Shown here: in pieces, positions 38,351-48,753 of the stretch
Position numbering within the stretch: the stretch's first letter is position 1
Layout: each line of letters opens with the position of its first letter
NCBI GenBank assembly: GCA_902582355.1
Contig: CACHRR010000001.1
Location: 170,236 to 234,235, forward strand
Length of the DNA stretch: 64,000 nucleotides
Origin: an uncultured SAR86 cluster bacterium
GTDB taxonomy: Bacteria > Pseudomonadota > Gammaproteobacteria > Magnimaribacterales > D2472
Direction: 5' to 3'
The notes under the pieces: generated by a model
The model's database searches: none
Seen by the model: only the letters and a program-made list of their open reading frames with translations
Told to the model about the DNA's origin: nothing
Translations under genes and position numbers: made by a program

Positions 38351-39674
38351 TACTCGAGATATAGAGAGATATCTAAGAGTAAAAATAAAAGAACAAAATG
38401 TAATAAAAAATATTTCAACAGATAGCAGATCTCTAAAAAAAGATTCTTTGTTTATTGCTTTAAGAGGTATAAATTTTAATGGCAATGACTATGTCGAAGA
38501 TGCACTTGAAAAAGGTGCTGTCATAGTAATTACAGATGATAAAAGATTTGAAAATTCAAAAAATAAAAAAATTATTTATGTTCGTAATACTATTTCATCA
38601 TTAGCTAAAATATCAAAGAATATTATTAAAGACTATAAGGGAAAGGTTATAGCTATTACAGGAAGTAATGGAAAAACCTCAACAACAAAAATTATTGGTA
38701 AGACACTCAAATGTTCATCTTCAACAATAAAAAATTATAACAATGAAATTGGGATGCCGTTAAGTCTTATGAATGCCTCACCAAAATCAAAACAGTTAGT
38801 TTTAGAAATTGGAGCATCAAAACCAAGAGACATAGACTTCCTAAGCAAAATATTAAATCCCCATATTGGTGTTATTACTAATATAGGAAAATCTCATTTA
38901 CAACAATTAAAAAATATTAAAGGTGTATTAAATGTAAAATCAGAAATTATTAAAAATATTAGGAGTGGTGGATTCTTAATCGTACCAAATGAAAATAAAC
39001 AATATTTAGATTATTGGAAGAATATTAGATCTGATATCAAAATACTTACATTTGGAATGAATAAGAAGGCAGACTTTTTTGCTACAGATATAAAAATTAA
39101 ACAAAATGGGACTCAATTTAGAATTATTTCAAAGTTTTTAGATGAGCATATTTATATAAAAACTAATTTAGAGGGAACACACAATATATTGAATATTTTA
39201 GCAAGTTGCATTGCGAATTTTTGCATAAATGAAGAAATTGATTCATTTATAAAATTAGTAAATTCAAATGCAATTAATTTATTAAGACAAATAAAGTCTA
39301 AATGGATTAGAGGATCAATTCTTATAAATGATACTTACAATGCAAATCCAGATTCTACAAAAAAATCGATTGATTTATTAAGTAATTACAATAAAAAAAC
39401 TATTTTAATTTTAGGAGACATGCTTGAACTTGGAAAATATAGAAGAAAACTTCATAAAGAAGTTGGTGAGTATGCAAAAATAAAAGGTATAGATGTATTT
39501 ATTGGTTATGGTGATCTTACAAAGTACGCATCAAAAAGTTTTGGTAAAAATGGCTTTTTTTTTAATAATGATGAAGATCTAAAAAATTACTTAAAAGAAA
39601 ATATTACCTCAAAAGATGTTATCTTAATTAAAGGATCTAGAGGAATGAAAATGGAGAAATTTATAAATGTTTGA
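38334..39674 (+). CDS. murF: UDP-MurNAc-tripeptide:D-Ala-D-Ala ligase
   Basis: P-loop ITGSNGKTSTT and INDTYNANPDS motif. Confidence 0.92.
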   Translation: MKFIANTRDIERYLRVKIKEQNVIKNISTDSRSLKKDSLFIALRGINFNGNDYVEDALEKGAVIVITDDKRFENSKNKKIIYVRNTISSLAKISKNIIKDYKGKVIAITGSNGKTSTTKIIGKTLKCSSSTIKNYNNEIGMPLSLMNASPKSKQLVLEIGASKPRDIDFLSKILNPHIGVITNIGKSHLQQLKNIKGVLNVKSEIIKNIRSGGFLIVPNENKQYLDYWKNIRSDIKILTFGMNKKADFFATDIKIKQNGTQFRIISKFLDEHIYIKTNLEGTHNILNILASCIANFCINEEIDSFIKLVNSNAINLLRQIKSKWIRGSILINDTYNANPDSTKKSIDLLSNYNKKTILILGDMLELGKYRRKLHKEVGEYAKIKGIDVFIGYGDLTKYASKSFGKNGFFFNNDEDLKNYLKENITSKDVILIKGSRGMKMEKFINV

Positions 39675-40752
39675 GTATTTAGGATCAATACTTGTTTCAA
39701 TTGAACCTGGCTTTGATGTTTTAAGATATCTAACAGTAAGAACAATTGGTGGAACCATAACTGCTTTATTAATATCTATATTGATGGGCCCTTTCATAAT
39801 AAATTTTTTAAAATCAATGCAGTTTGAGCAATATGTCAGAGAAGATGGACCTAAATCACATCTAAAGAAAACAGGAACTCCTACAATGGGGGGCTTATTA
39901 ATATTATCTTCATTAGTTATATCTACACTTCTTTGGGCAGACTTAGGAAATAGATATATATGGGTGGTTTTAGGAGTAACAATAGGTTTTTCATTAATAG
40001 GATTTTTTGACGATTTTCTAAAAATAAGAAACAAAAGCTCTGATGGACTTTCCTCAAAACAAAAGATTTTATTCCAATCATTCATCGCATTAATATCAAT
40101 GACATATCTTTATTATTCTTCAGAAATCCTTGCTGAAACCTCTTTTATTGTTCCTTTTTTTAAAGATTTCATAATACCCATGTCTCCATTTATTTTTATC
40201 TTTACAGGAATGTTTGTATTAATTGCCTCTTCAAATGCGGTGAATTTAACTGACGGCTTAGATGGACTGGCTATTTTGCCATCAGTATTAATAGGAGGCG
40301 CTTTAGGTCTAATAGCGTATGCAATGGGTAACGAATTAATTGCAGATTATTTATACATACCTCATCTGCCACTTTCAGGAGAGTTGATTGTATTTTGTGG
40401 AGCATTAATAGGTTCTGGGATTGGATTTTTGTGGTACAACACTTATCCTGCACAATTATTTATGGGTGACATTGGATCACTTACATTAGGTGCTGTTTTA
40501 GGAATAATTGCTATCATCTTAAGGCATGAATTAGTCTTTGCAATTATGGCAGGTGTCTTTGTGATTGAGACCCTAAGTGTTGCTGTTCAAATTTTTTCAT
40601 ACAAGATGAGAGGTAAAAGAGTTTTTTTAATGGCGCCAATACATCATCATTATGAATTAAAAGGAATGGCAGAGCCAAAAATAATTGTTCGTTTTTGGAT
40701 AATCACTTTGGTACTAATTTTGATTGCACTAGCTACTCTCAAATTAAGATAA
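39667..40752 (+). CDS. mraY: Phospho-MurNAc-pentapeptide translocase
   Basis: NAVNLTDGLDGLA, FMGDIGSL and APIHHHYE motifs. Confidence 0.97.
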   Translation: MFEYLGSILVSIEPGFDVLRYLTVRTIGGTITALLISILMGPFIINFLKSMQFEQYVREDGPKSHLKKTGTPTMGGLLILSSLVISTLLWADLGNRYIWVVLGVTIGFSLIGFFDDFLKIRNKSSDGLSSKQKILFQSFIALISMTYLYYSSEILAETSFIVPFFKDFIIPMSPFIFIFTGMFVLIASSNAVNLTDGLDGLAILPSVLIGGALGLIAYAMGNELIADYLYIPHLPLSGELIVFCGALIGSGIGFLWYNTYPAQLFMGDIGSLTLGAVLGIIAIILRHELVFAIMAGVFVIETLSVAVQIFSYKMRGKRVFLMAPIHHHYELKGMAEPKIIVRFWIITLVLILIALATLKLR

Positions 40753-40758
40753 ATTCTT

Positions 40759-41805
40759 ATGAAATCTTTAATCTATGGTTATAACAAAACCGGTAAATCT
40801 TTTGAAAGATACTTAAAAAAAAATAATCAACTTGACTTTGAAATTTATGATTTAAATAATTTTAAATATAATAAAAAATATGATTTGAAAAGTTTTGACC
40901 AAATATTATGCAGTCCTGGCGTCCCAAAAAAAGTATTTTGTGAAATTAAGCAAGAAAATAAAAATGTGTTAACGGATATTGACATATTTTTTAAAGTTGA
41001 TACTTCAATCAAAATAGGCATTACTGGAACAAATAGAAAGAGCACAACCTCCTATCATTTACATCAATTGTTTAATAATTACAGTCCAACAAATTTAATT
41101 GGAAATATTGGCAATACTGTCCTTGATTACATAAATAATAATAAAAAATATTCAATTATTGAACTATCAAGTTTTCAGCTTGATAAAATGAGATCTAATA
41201 ATTTAGACTTCGGCATCTTATTAAATATTGAGCAAGATCATTTAGATTATCATGGAGATTTTGAATCATATAAATCTTCAAAAGAAAAAATCTTATTATC
41301 AAAAAACAGCATTTCATATGAAATGAACCCATATAAGTTATTTGAATGGATTACAAAAACACAAGCTGAAAAAATAAAATTTAAAAATTTACCTTTCAGA
41401 TTTGAACGCATTACTAAAAGTGTTATCAATGACTCAAAATCAACAAATTACCATTCATTATCATTTGCTTTACGAGAAGCAAAAAAAATATTTGATTCGA
41501 ACTATATTCTTATAACATGTGGAAATCCTAAGAAAGAGAAATACAGAGAAATTAATATAGATGGACCAAAAGAAGTTTATATATTTGGAAAACACGCACA
41601 TGAAATTGATATGTGCATTAAAAATATTAATAAACAAGTTTTTAAATCTCTTGATGATATATTTGATTTTTTTAAAAAAAATGAAACTAATACCAATATT
41701 CTATTTTCGCCTGGCTATCCTAGCGGAAAAGATTTTGATAATTTTATGGAACGAGGAGAAAGCTTTAACATTTGTGTAAAGAAATACTTAAGTGAAGATC
41801 ACTAA
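40759..41805 (+). CDS. murD: UDP-MurNAc-L-Ala:D-Glu ligase (unusually short, variant P-loop)
   Basis: GITGTNRKST, NIEQDHLDYHG, LPFRFE, NDSKSTN, and C-terminal LFSPGYPSGKDFDNFMERGESF. dcw position. 348 aa. Confidence 0.85.
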   Translation: MKSLIYGYNKTGKSFERYLKKNNQLDFEIYDLNNFKYNKKYDLKSFDQILCSPGVPKKVFCEIKQENKNVLTDIDIFFKVDTSIKIGITGTNRKSTTSYHLHQLFNNYSPTNLIGNIGNTVLDYINNNKKYSIIELSSFQLDKMRSNNLDFGILLNIEQDHLDYHGDFESYKSSKEKILLSKNSISYEMNPYKLFEWITKTQAEKIKFKNLPFRFERITKSVINDSKSTNYHSLSFALREAKKIFDSNYILITCGNPKKEKYREINIDGPKEVYIFGKHAHEIDMCIKNINKQVFKSLDDIFDFFKKNETNTNILFSPGYPSGKDFDNFMERGESFNICVKKYLSEDH

Positions 41806-42901
41806 AAACGATATTTTGATATTACTACCATTAACATTACTAATTGTTTTTGGTTTGATAATGGTTATCTCATCAAGCATATATATTGGTGAGGATATGA
41901 AATCAAATCCGTTTTATTTTGCAAAAAGACAGGCTGTTTTTGTTTCTATTGGAATTATATCTTTACTTTGTTTCTTAATCATTCCATCAGATTTATTATT
42001 TAAAGCAGATTGGATATTTATGTTATTAAGTATTTTGTTATTAGTCGTCTTGTTTATTCCTGATTTTGGAACTAGTGTTAATGGCAGTATTAGATGGATA
42101 AGATTGGGACCAATTAATATTCAACCTTCTGAAATTTGCAAATTTGGTTTAATTCTATATATATCTGGATATTCAGTCAGAAGAATATCAGAAATAAATT
42201 CATTAAGGAGTTTTTTAAAACCTTTGTCTTTACTATTTATAATTTCTATACTTATTATGGGTCAGCCAGATCTTGGATCAACTGCAATTGTTTGTATTTT
42301 AGTTGTTGGAATTTTATTTTACGCAGGAATATCTTTTACTCAACTTATTTTATTGATTCTGTTAATTGGACTATTAGGATATCTAGCAATAACTTCATCA
42401 CCGATGAGACTTGCAAGAGTTTTGGCTTTTACAGACCCATTTGCAATTGAAGTTGTAAGGGACGCAGGATGGCAGTTATCAAACTCTTTAATTAGCATTG
42501 GAAAAGGAGGATGGTTTGGAGTTGGACTAGGAAATAGTTTTCAAAAAAGCTTTTTTTTACCTGAAGCTCATACTGACTTTATTTTTGCAATTATTGTTGA
42601 AGAGCTAGGTATCCTTGGTGGATTGTTTCTGATTATATTATTTATATTTCTTTTTATGGGTATGATCTCAATATCTTTAGATTCCTTTAAAAAAGGTAGA
42701 TTATTTCAAGGTTACGCATCATTTGGTATTTTTCTTCTTATTTCAATACAAGCACTATTTAACATAGCTGTAAATATTGGATTGTTACCAACAAAAGGAC
42801 TTACGCTTCCATTCATCAGCTACGGAGGCACGAGTATTATTATAATGTTATCTTTAGTAGGAGTAATTCTTAGAATTAATAATGAAAATAAATTATCTTA
42901 A
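41792..42901 (+). CDS. ftsW: Peptidoglycan glycosyltransferase FtsW (SEDS)
   Basis: Polytopic SEDS pattern (LPEAHTDFIFAIIVEELG, TKGLTLPFISYGGTS). Confidence 0.93.
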   Translation: MKITKNDILILLPLTLLIVFGLIMVISSSIYIGEDMKSNPFYFAKRQAVFVSIGIISLLCFLIIPSDLLFKADWIFMLLSILLLVVLFIPDFGTSVNGSIRWIRLGPINIQPSEICKFGLILYISGYSVRRISEINSLRSFLKPLSLLFIISILIMGQPDLGSTAIVCILVVGILFYAGISFTQLILLILLIGLLGYLAITSSPMRLARVLAFTDPFAIEVVRDAGWQLSNSLISIGKGGWFGVGLGNSFQKSFFLPEAHTDFIFAIIVEELGILGGLFLIILFIFLFMGMISISLDSFKKGRLFQGYASFGIFLLISIQALFNIAVNIGLLPTKGLTLPFISYGGTSIIIMLSLVGVILRINNENKLS

Positions 42902-43957
42902 ATGAAATACTTAATTGTCGCAGCAAAAACAGGAGGACATATTTTTCCTGCTAAAGCTGTTAGCGAACAATTAATTAAAACTAACAATGAAATAGTTTTG
43001 TTAGGAATTGGTAATGAAATTGAAAAAAACGCTTATAAAGACTTAAATTCAAAACTTTATAAATTATCAATTGATGGGTTCCGAGGACAAAGAATATTTA
43101 AAAAATTTTTTGTTATTTACCAAATAATATCATGCATTATAAAAGTTTTAAAAATTATCAAGAAAGAGAATGTAGATGTAATGATAGGTTTTGGGGGCTT
43201 TATTTGTATTCCAGCAGGACTTGCAATGTTCATAAAGAAGCTACCAATATTTATTCATGAGCAAAATGCAGTTATGGGTTCAGCAAATAGATTTTTATCA
43301 AAAATAGCTAAAATAAATTTCTTAGCATTTCCAATTAAAAATATTAATAGATCAATTATTTCAGGAAATCCTGTAAGAAGGTTGTTTATAAATAATAATT
43401 ATAAAGAATTTGACCGTACTGATAATGAAATTAGAATTTATGTCACAGGCGGAAGTCAGGGTGCCCAATATTTAAACGAAGAGCTACCAAGAGTATTTAA
43501 AAAACTATCATGTTTTATAAAAATTAAACATCAATGTGGAAAAAATAATCTCAATAAAGTAAATAATTTATATAAGAAACAAGGTATCGATGCAGAGACT
43601 TGTGAATTTTACAATGATCCGTCAAAACAGATACTTTGGTCAGACTTTGTGATATCGAGGGCAGGTGCCCTCACATTGTCAGAGATAATATCCTTAAAAA
43701 GAGGCTCTCTTATGATTCCATTGCCAACATCTATAGATAATCATCAACTTGAAAACGCAAAAAGTATTCAAAGAATGGGAATGGGCATTTTGCATGAAGA
43801 GGGATATGGTAAAGAAAAATTAATAAATAGCTTACAGGATTTAATTAATAATAGACTTTATATAGATTGGAAAAATCATAATAAAAATAATCATGAAAAT
43901 GCCACCAATATTATAATTAATAAAATAGAGAGTTATTTCAAAAATGAAACCTTTTAA
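42902..43957 (+). CDS. murG: UDP-GlcNAc:lipid I GlcNAc transferase
   Basis: AAKTGGHIFPA N-terminus, GGSQGA, and SRAGALTLSEI...NHQ..NA motifs. Confidence 0.93.
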   Translation: MKYLIVAAKTGGHIFPAKAVSEQLIKTNNEIVLLGIGNEIEKNAYKDLNSKLYKLSIDGFRGQRIFKKFFVIYQIISCIIKVLKIIKKENVDVMIGFGGFICIPAGLAMFIKKLPIFIHEQNAVMGSANRFLSKIAKINFLAFPIKNINRSIISGNPVRRLFINNNYKEFDRTDNEIRIYVTGGSQGAQYLNEELPRVFKKLSCFIKIKHQCGKNNLNKVNNLYKKQGIDAETCEFYNDPSKQILWSDFVISRAGALTLSEIISLKRGSLMIPLPTSIDNHQLENAKSIQRMGMGILHEEGYGKEKLINSLQDLINNRLYIDWKNHNKNNHENATNIIINKIESYFKNETF

Positions 43958-45338
43958 AAAAGTAAAGAGAATTCACTTTGTTGGTATAGGTGGTGCTGGA
44001 ATGATTGGTATTGCTAAAGTCTTATTACAAAAAGGGTACAAGATTTCAGGATCAGACATATCAGACTCAAAAGATTTAAAAAAAATCAGGAAAGATGGAG
44101 CAAAAATTTATATTGGACATTCTAAAAAAAATATAGTTGGTGCAAATTTATTGGTTATTTCATCTGCAATAAATAAAAAAAATCCAGAACTTCTTCAAGC
44201 AAAAAAAGAATCTATAACTGTAATACCCAGAGCCGAAATGTTGGGTAGTTTGATGATTGGATATGAAAGCATTGCAGTTGCAGGAAGCCATGGTAAAACA
44301 ACTACAACAAGCATGATTGCAAAAATTTTTAGTATCGCTAATTTAAGTCCTACTTATGTTGTTGGCGGAAAAGTATTAAGTACTGATGAAAATTCAGATT
44401 TAGGCGATGGTAAGTATATTGTTGTAGAAGCCGATGAAAGCGATGGATCATTTATTCAACTTCAGCCTGATGTTGCAGTGTTAACAAATATAGATGATGA
44501 TCATTTGACTCATTTTAATAACATTTTTGAAAATCTTTTAGATTCTTTCATTCTTTTTGCAGAGAATGTACCTTTTTACGGATATATGGTGATAAATGGT
44601 GATGATAAAAACATTAAAAAGATTTCAAAAAGAATATCCAGGCCCAAAATTACATTTGGAGTAACAAATAATTGTGATTATCAGATTGTTAGTATTTCTC
44701 CAAAAGAAGGTAAACAAGAATTCAAAATCTTTGATAAAAAAAAGAAAAAAACATATAAATTTCATATTAATTTACCAGGTAAACATAATATCTATAATGC
44801 GGCAGCTTCAATAACTGTTTCTCTAGAAGAAGGAATTCCAATTACTAAAATTAAAAAAGCTATAAATGAATTTACAGGCGTTGGAAGAAGATATGAAAAG
44901 CATAATATTATGCTTGGTTCAAAGAGAATAACTTTAATAGATGATTATGGACACCATCCATTAGAAATAGATTCAAATATCAAAGCCATCAGAGAAGAAT
45001 ATAAAAATAGAAAAGTTTGTATGATTTTCCAGCCTCATAGATTTACGAGAACTGCACAACTTTTTGATTATTTTATAAGGGTTCTTAGAAAAACAGATAC
45101 ACTAATTTTATTAGATATATATTCTGCCAGTGAGAGACCCATTAAAGGCGTCAATTCTAGAGTCATATTAGAAACACTTAAACAAAAAGGCCTTAAAGAT
45201 GTAACTTATTTAAAAAATCATAATGAAGTAATTGATTTAATTATTCAGAAAAAAGACTCATTTGATATCTTAGTTACTCAAGGTGCTGGCAGTATTTCAA
45301 AGGTTTGTGAAGTTATTAAAGATAAATGCAAAAGATAA
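43944..45338 (+). CDS. murC: UDP-MurNAc:L-alanine ligase
   Basis: HFVGIGGAGM, AGSHGKTTTTSM, EADESDGSF and DDYGHHP motifs. Confidence 0.96.
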   Translation: MKPFKKVKRIHFVGIGGAGMIGIAKVLLQKGYKISGSDISDSKDLKKIRKDGAKIYIGHSKKNIVGANLLVISSAINKKNPELLQAKKESITVIPRAEMLGSLMIGYESIAVAGSHGKTTTTSMIAKIFSIANLSPTYVVGGKVLSTDENSDLGDGKYIVVEADESDGSFIQLQPDVAVLTNIDDDHLTHFNNIFENLLDSFILFAENVPFYGYMVINGDDKNIKKISKRISRPKITFGVTNNCDYQIVSISPKEGKQEFKIFDKKKKKTYKFHINLPGKHNIYNAAASITVSLEEGIPITKIKKAINEFTGVGRRYEKHNIMLGSKRITLIDDYGHHPLEIDSNIKAIREEYKNRKVCMIFQPHRFTRTAQLFDYFIRVLRKTDTLILLDIYSASERPIKGVNSRVILETLKQKGLKDVTYLKNHNEVIDLIIQKKDSFDILVTQGAGSISKVCEVIKDKCKR

Positions 45339-46255
45339 ATAAGATTGGAGTTCTTTACGGGGGTTCTTCTTCTGAAAGAGAAATTTCAATTCAAAGTGGA
45401 GAGGGTGTTCATAAAGCAATTTTAGATCTAGGATATAACTCAGATTTAATAGAATTTAATAATCTTAAAGATTTAAGTGAATTAAGTAATTATGATTTTA
45501 TTTTTATAGCCCTTCATGGTTTTGAAGGTGAGGGAGGTCAAATACAAAAAAACTTGGATGATTTAAATATTTTATATTCTGGATCAAATTCGCAATGTTG
45601 CAAAAACACTTGGAATAAAAAACTTACAAAACAAATTTTAAATCATAATAATATCAATACACCAATTTGGTATGAAGTATCAAAATTACCCTCTGTGAAA
45701 AGTCATCATACTAAATTAAGTTCTTCTTGTTTTGATATGTTTAGACCATTTAATGCAATTTTTTTAAAACCGCAGGAAGATGGGTCTAGCATAGACATTT
45801 TTAAAATTACAAATGACGAAAACAGTATTAGTGCAATTCAGAAATGCTTAAATCCAAACAGACCATTTATTTATGAAGAATATATTAGTGGTAAGGAATT
45901 CACAGTAACAATTATTGACAATATTTGTTTGCCACCAATAGAGATAATTTCAAAAAATGAATTTTATGATTACGATGCAAAATACCTCTCAGATGACACG
46001 TTATTGATTGAAGCTAAATTAAACAAAAAAGAATTAATTGAAATAAATTCAATATCAATTAATGCATTTAATGCATTAAATTGTAAGGGATGGGCTAGAG
46101 TTGATCTAATTCAAGATATTGATGGAGAGTTTTATGTAATTGAAATAAATACAGTACCGGGAATGACATCTCACAGCTGTGTACCTAAGTCAGGAAGTTT
46201 CTCAGGCCTGTCTTATAATGAGGTTGTTGAAAAAATTATTGATGCGTCGTTTTAA
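45326..46255 (+). CDS. ddl: D-alanine-D-alanine ligase
   Basis: VLYGGSSSEREIS, HGFEGEGGQIQ, and ATP-grasp C-terminus VIEINTVPGMTSHS. Confidence 0.93.
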   Translation: MQKINKIGVLYGGSSSEREISIQSGEGVHKAILDLGYNSDLIEFNNLKDLSELSNYDFIFIALHGFEGEGGQIQKNLDDLNILYSGSNSQCCKNTWNKKLTKQILNHNNINTPIWYEVSKLPSVKSHHTKLSSSCFDMFRPFNAIFLKPQEDGSSIDIFKITNDENSISAIQKCLNPNRPFIYEEYISGKEFTVTIIDNICLPPIEIISKNEFYDYDAKYLSDDTLLIEAKLNKKELIEINSISINAFNALNCKGWARVDLIQDIDGEFYVIEINTVPGMTSHSCVPKSGSFSGLSYNEVVEKIIDASF

Positions 46256-46868
46256 ATTAATTGTATTGATTTTTCCCTTGATTTTTTCTATTTCGCTTTC
46301 AGGCAAATATAAAATAAATATTACTTATGAATCTGGTGTTGAATTTAATTCACAGCAAATATTAATAGATAAATTGGAAAACTCTCAAACCAGAAGACAA
46401 ATAGAAAACCTTATAATTAGTCAAGATTGGATCGAGAGCTATTCTTTAATATTTAAACCATTTAAAAAAGAGGTATATTTAAATATTAAAAATAGGGAGC
46501 CTATTTTTGCTCTCAATAAAAAATATTTTTTTGACAAAGAGTTATACCAGTTTAAGTATAACTTTTTAAAGAATGACTTAATTATGGTTAGCGGCCCTAT
46601 AGATAATCCTGCTACTATATTGGAATTAATTAATAAAATTAATTTATATTCAAAGCAGAAATTCAAAATTCAGTATATTAATTTTAATCATGTTGATGGT
46701 TGGGAGATAGAATCAGATAATACAAAAGTGAGATTTGGTAAAGAACTGACTGAAAAAAAATTTAAAAGATTTAAAGATACTTTGAATTATTTAATAGATA
46801 TTGAAAAAATACCTAGTATCATAGACATGAGATATAGAGATGGAGTCGCTTTAAATTATGGCAAATAA
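46242..46868 (+). CDS. ftsQ: Cell division protein FtsQ (short)
   Basis: TM anchor followed by a POTRA-like region, between ddl and ftsA. Start set at ATG 46242 (MRRFKLIVLIF), overlapping the ddl end. Confidence 0.75.
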   Translation: MRRFKLIVLIFPLIFSISLSGKYKINITYESGVEFNSQQILIDKLENSQTRRQIENLIISQDWIESYSLIFKPFKKEVYLNIKNREPIFALNKKYFFDKELYQFKYNFLKNDLIMVSGPIDNPATILELINKINLYSKQKFKIQYINFNHVDGWEIESDNTKVRFGKELTEKKFKRFKDTLNYLIDIEKIPSIIDMRYRDGVALNYGK

Positions 46869-48084
46869 TTTTAAAAATTCAAATATGATTGTTGGCTTAG
46901 ATATAGGTACATCTAAAGTGGTATGCATTGTTGGCAAATATAATGATGAAGCAAAATTAGAAATAGTTGCTCTTGGAGCATATCCTTCGAGCGGATTAAA
47001 AAAAGGCGTTGTTGTAAACATTGATGCTACAACAGATGCTATCAGCAAAGCTGTTGAACAAGCTCAATCGATGATTGAAGATAAGATAAAATCTGTTTTT
47101 GTCGGTATCGCTGGAAATCATATTAAAAGCTTAAATTCTCAAGGCGCTGTTGGAATTAAAGACAATGAGGTTTCTCAGTTTGACATTGATAGGGTTATTG
47201 AATCTGCACAAGCTGTGTCGATCCCCTCAGATCAGAGAGTTTTACATGTTTTACCGCAATCATTTGTGATTGATGACCAAGAAGTAAGTTTAGATCCTTT
47301 AGGTATGTCAGGAGTTAGATTGGAAGCAAAGGTGCATTTGGTTACATGTGCGAGTAGCGCAATAAAAAATATTGAAAAATGTATTAAAAATTGTGGATTA
47401 AATGTTGAGGGATTTGTGTTGGAGCAGCTTGCTAGCTCGCATTCAATTTTGTCTGAAGATGAAAAAGATTTAGGTGTCTGTTTGGTTGATATTGGAGGTG
47501 GTACAACCGATATTGCAATTTTTAATTCTGGCTCCATTGTTTTTACTGGGGTAATTCCGATTGCTGGAGATCAGGTAACAAGCGATATTGCTCAAGCATT
47601 AAGAACTCCTACACCGCAAGCAGAGGAAATAAAACAAAAACACGGATGTGCAGTAACTGAGTTTACAAAGGATGATGAGACTGTTGAAGTTCTTGGTGTA
47701 GGCGGAAGGCCTCCTAGAGAATTATCAAGAAGCTCACTAGCGGATATAATTCAACCTAGATACTCTGAATTATTTGATTTAATAAAAGCTGAAATAAAAA
47801 GAAATGGTTTCGAAGATAGGATTTCAGCAGGTATTGTATTTACTGGCGGTACATCTAAAATGGAAGGTGTTGTTGAGTTAGCAGAATCTATTTTTCAAAC
47901 TTCTGTAAGGATGGGTATACCTTCAAAGTTCAAAGGGATGGAAACTATTCTACAAAATCCAATTTATTCAACCTCTATAGGTTTAATAGAGCATGGTTAT
48001 AAGCAAATTAACCATGAAATGTTGTCTGTACAAAATCAAGGCTTCTTCTCAAAATTACTAAAAATCGTTAAAAGTGAGTATTGA
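46858..48084 (+). CDS. ftsA: Cell division protein FtsA
   Basis: Actin-fold motifs VGLDIGTSKV and VDIGGGTTDIA. C-terminal amphipathic helix FFSKLLKIVKSEY. Confidence 0.96.
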   Translation: MANNFKNSNMIVGLDIGTSKVVCIVGKYNDEAKLEIVALGAYPSSGLKKGVVVNIDATTDAISKAVEQAQSMIEDKIKSVFVGIAGNHIKSLNSQGAVGIKDNEVSQFDIDRVIESAQAVSIPSDQRVLHVLPQSFVIDDQEVSLDPLGMSGVRLEAKVHLVTCASSAIKNIEKCIKNCGLNVEGFVLEQLASSHSILSEDEKDLGVCLVDIGGGTTDIAIFNSGSIVFTGVIPIAGDQVTSDIAQALRTPTPQAEEIKQKHGCAVTEFTKDDETVEVLGVGGRPPRELSRSSLADIIQPRYSELFDLIKAEIKRNGFEDRISAGIVFTGGTSKMEGVVELAESIFQTSVRMGIPSKFKGMETILQNPIYSTSIGLIEHGYKQINHEMLSVQNQGFFSKLLKIVKSEY

Positions 48085-48162
48085 TATTAAAATTTAAATC
48101 ATTATAATTTTCATTCCTTGGTTTTTACTTTATTAGTAAAAATCTATAACCATAAGGAATAT

Positions 48163-48564
48163 ATGAAAAAATACGAAGCAGTTTTAATACTAAATCCAAA
48201 CCTCTCCGCCAAGGTTAATTCTTTTTTAAAAGAATTTGAAAGTATTTTAAAAAAGAATTCTTTCTCAATAAAAAAAACAGAGGATATTGGCCGTAGGCAA
48301 CTTTCTTATTCTATTAACAATCATAACAAAGGCCATTATGTAATATTTAATATTGAAGGCGATGCATCCCGTCTTATAGATATTGAAAATAAAATAAAAT
48401 TTAATGAATTAATTATAAGACATCTTTTCATAGCAGTTAAAGAACATCAAGTCGAAGATTCTGAACTTTTACTCGATGCAAAAAATAAGAAGTCAGATGT
48501 AAAAGATATTGATGAAAAAGAACATACGCAAAAAGAAAAAGAGGATGATTATAAAGATGAATAG
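48163..48564 (+). CDS. rpsF: 30S ribosomal protein S6
   Basis: [12 protein letters not shown]...GRRQLSY.I......GHYV pattern with an acidic C-terminal tail. Start at ATG 48163 after AAGGAA. Confidence 0.93.
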   Translation: MKKYEAVLILNPNLSAKVNSFLKEFESILKKNSFSIKKTEDIGRRQLSYSINNHNKGHYVIFNIEGDASRLIDIENKIKFNELIIRHLFIAVKEHQVEDSELLLDAKNKKSDVKDIDEKEHTQKEKEDDYKDE

Positions 48565-48751
48565 ATATGAGTTACCAAAAAAATTTGATTACAAGAACGT
48601 TAATCTTTTAAAAAAATTCATTACTGAGACTGGAAAAATTATCCCAGCGAGGGTTACTGGAATAACCTCATCTAAACAAAGAAAGATAACTAGATATATC
48701 AAAATAGCTAGATTTTTAGCTTTAATACCCTATACGGATACTCATAAATAG
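48557..48751 (+). CDS. rpsR: 30S ribosomal protein S18
   Basis: [25 protein letters not shown]...[16 protein letters not shown]. The start is ambiguous: 48557, or upstream at 48512 or 48545, which would overlap the rpsF tail. Confidence 0.9.
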   Translation: MNRYELPKKFDYKNVNLLKKFITETGKIIPARVTGITSSKQRKITRYIKIARFLALIPYTDTHK

Positions 48752-48753
48752 TT

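Noticed and set aside
39624-40085. 153-aa minus-strand ORF spanning the murF/mraY junction.
   Set aside because: It is antisense to two well-supported, essential dcw genes. It has no motifs and no SD.
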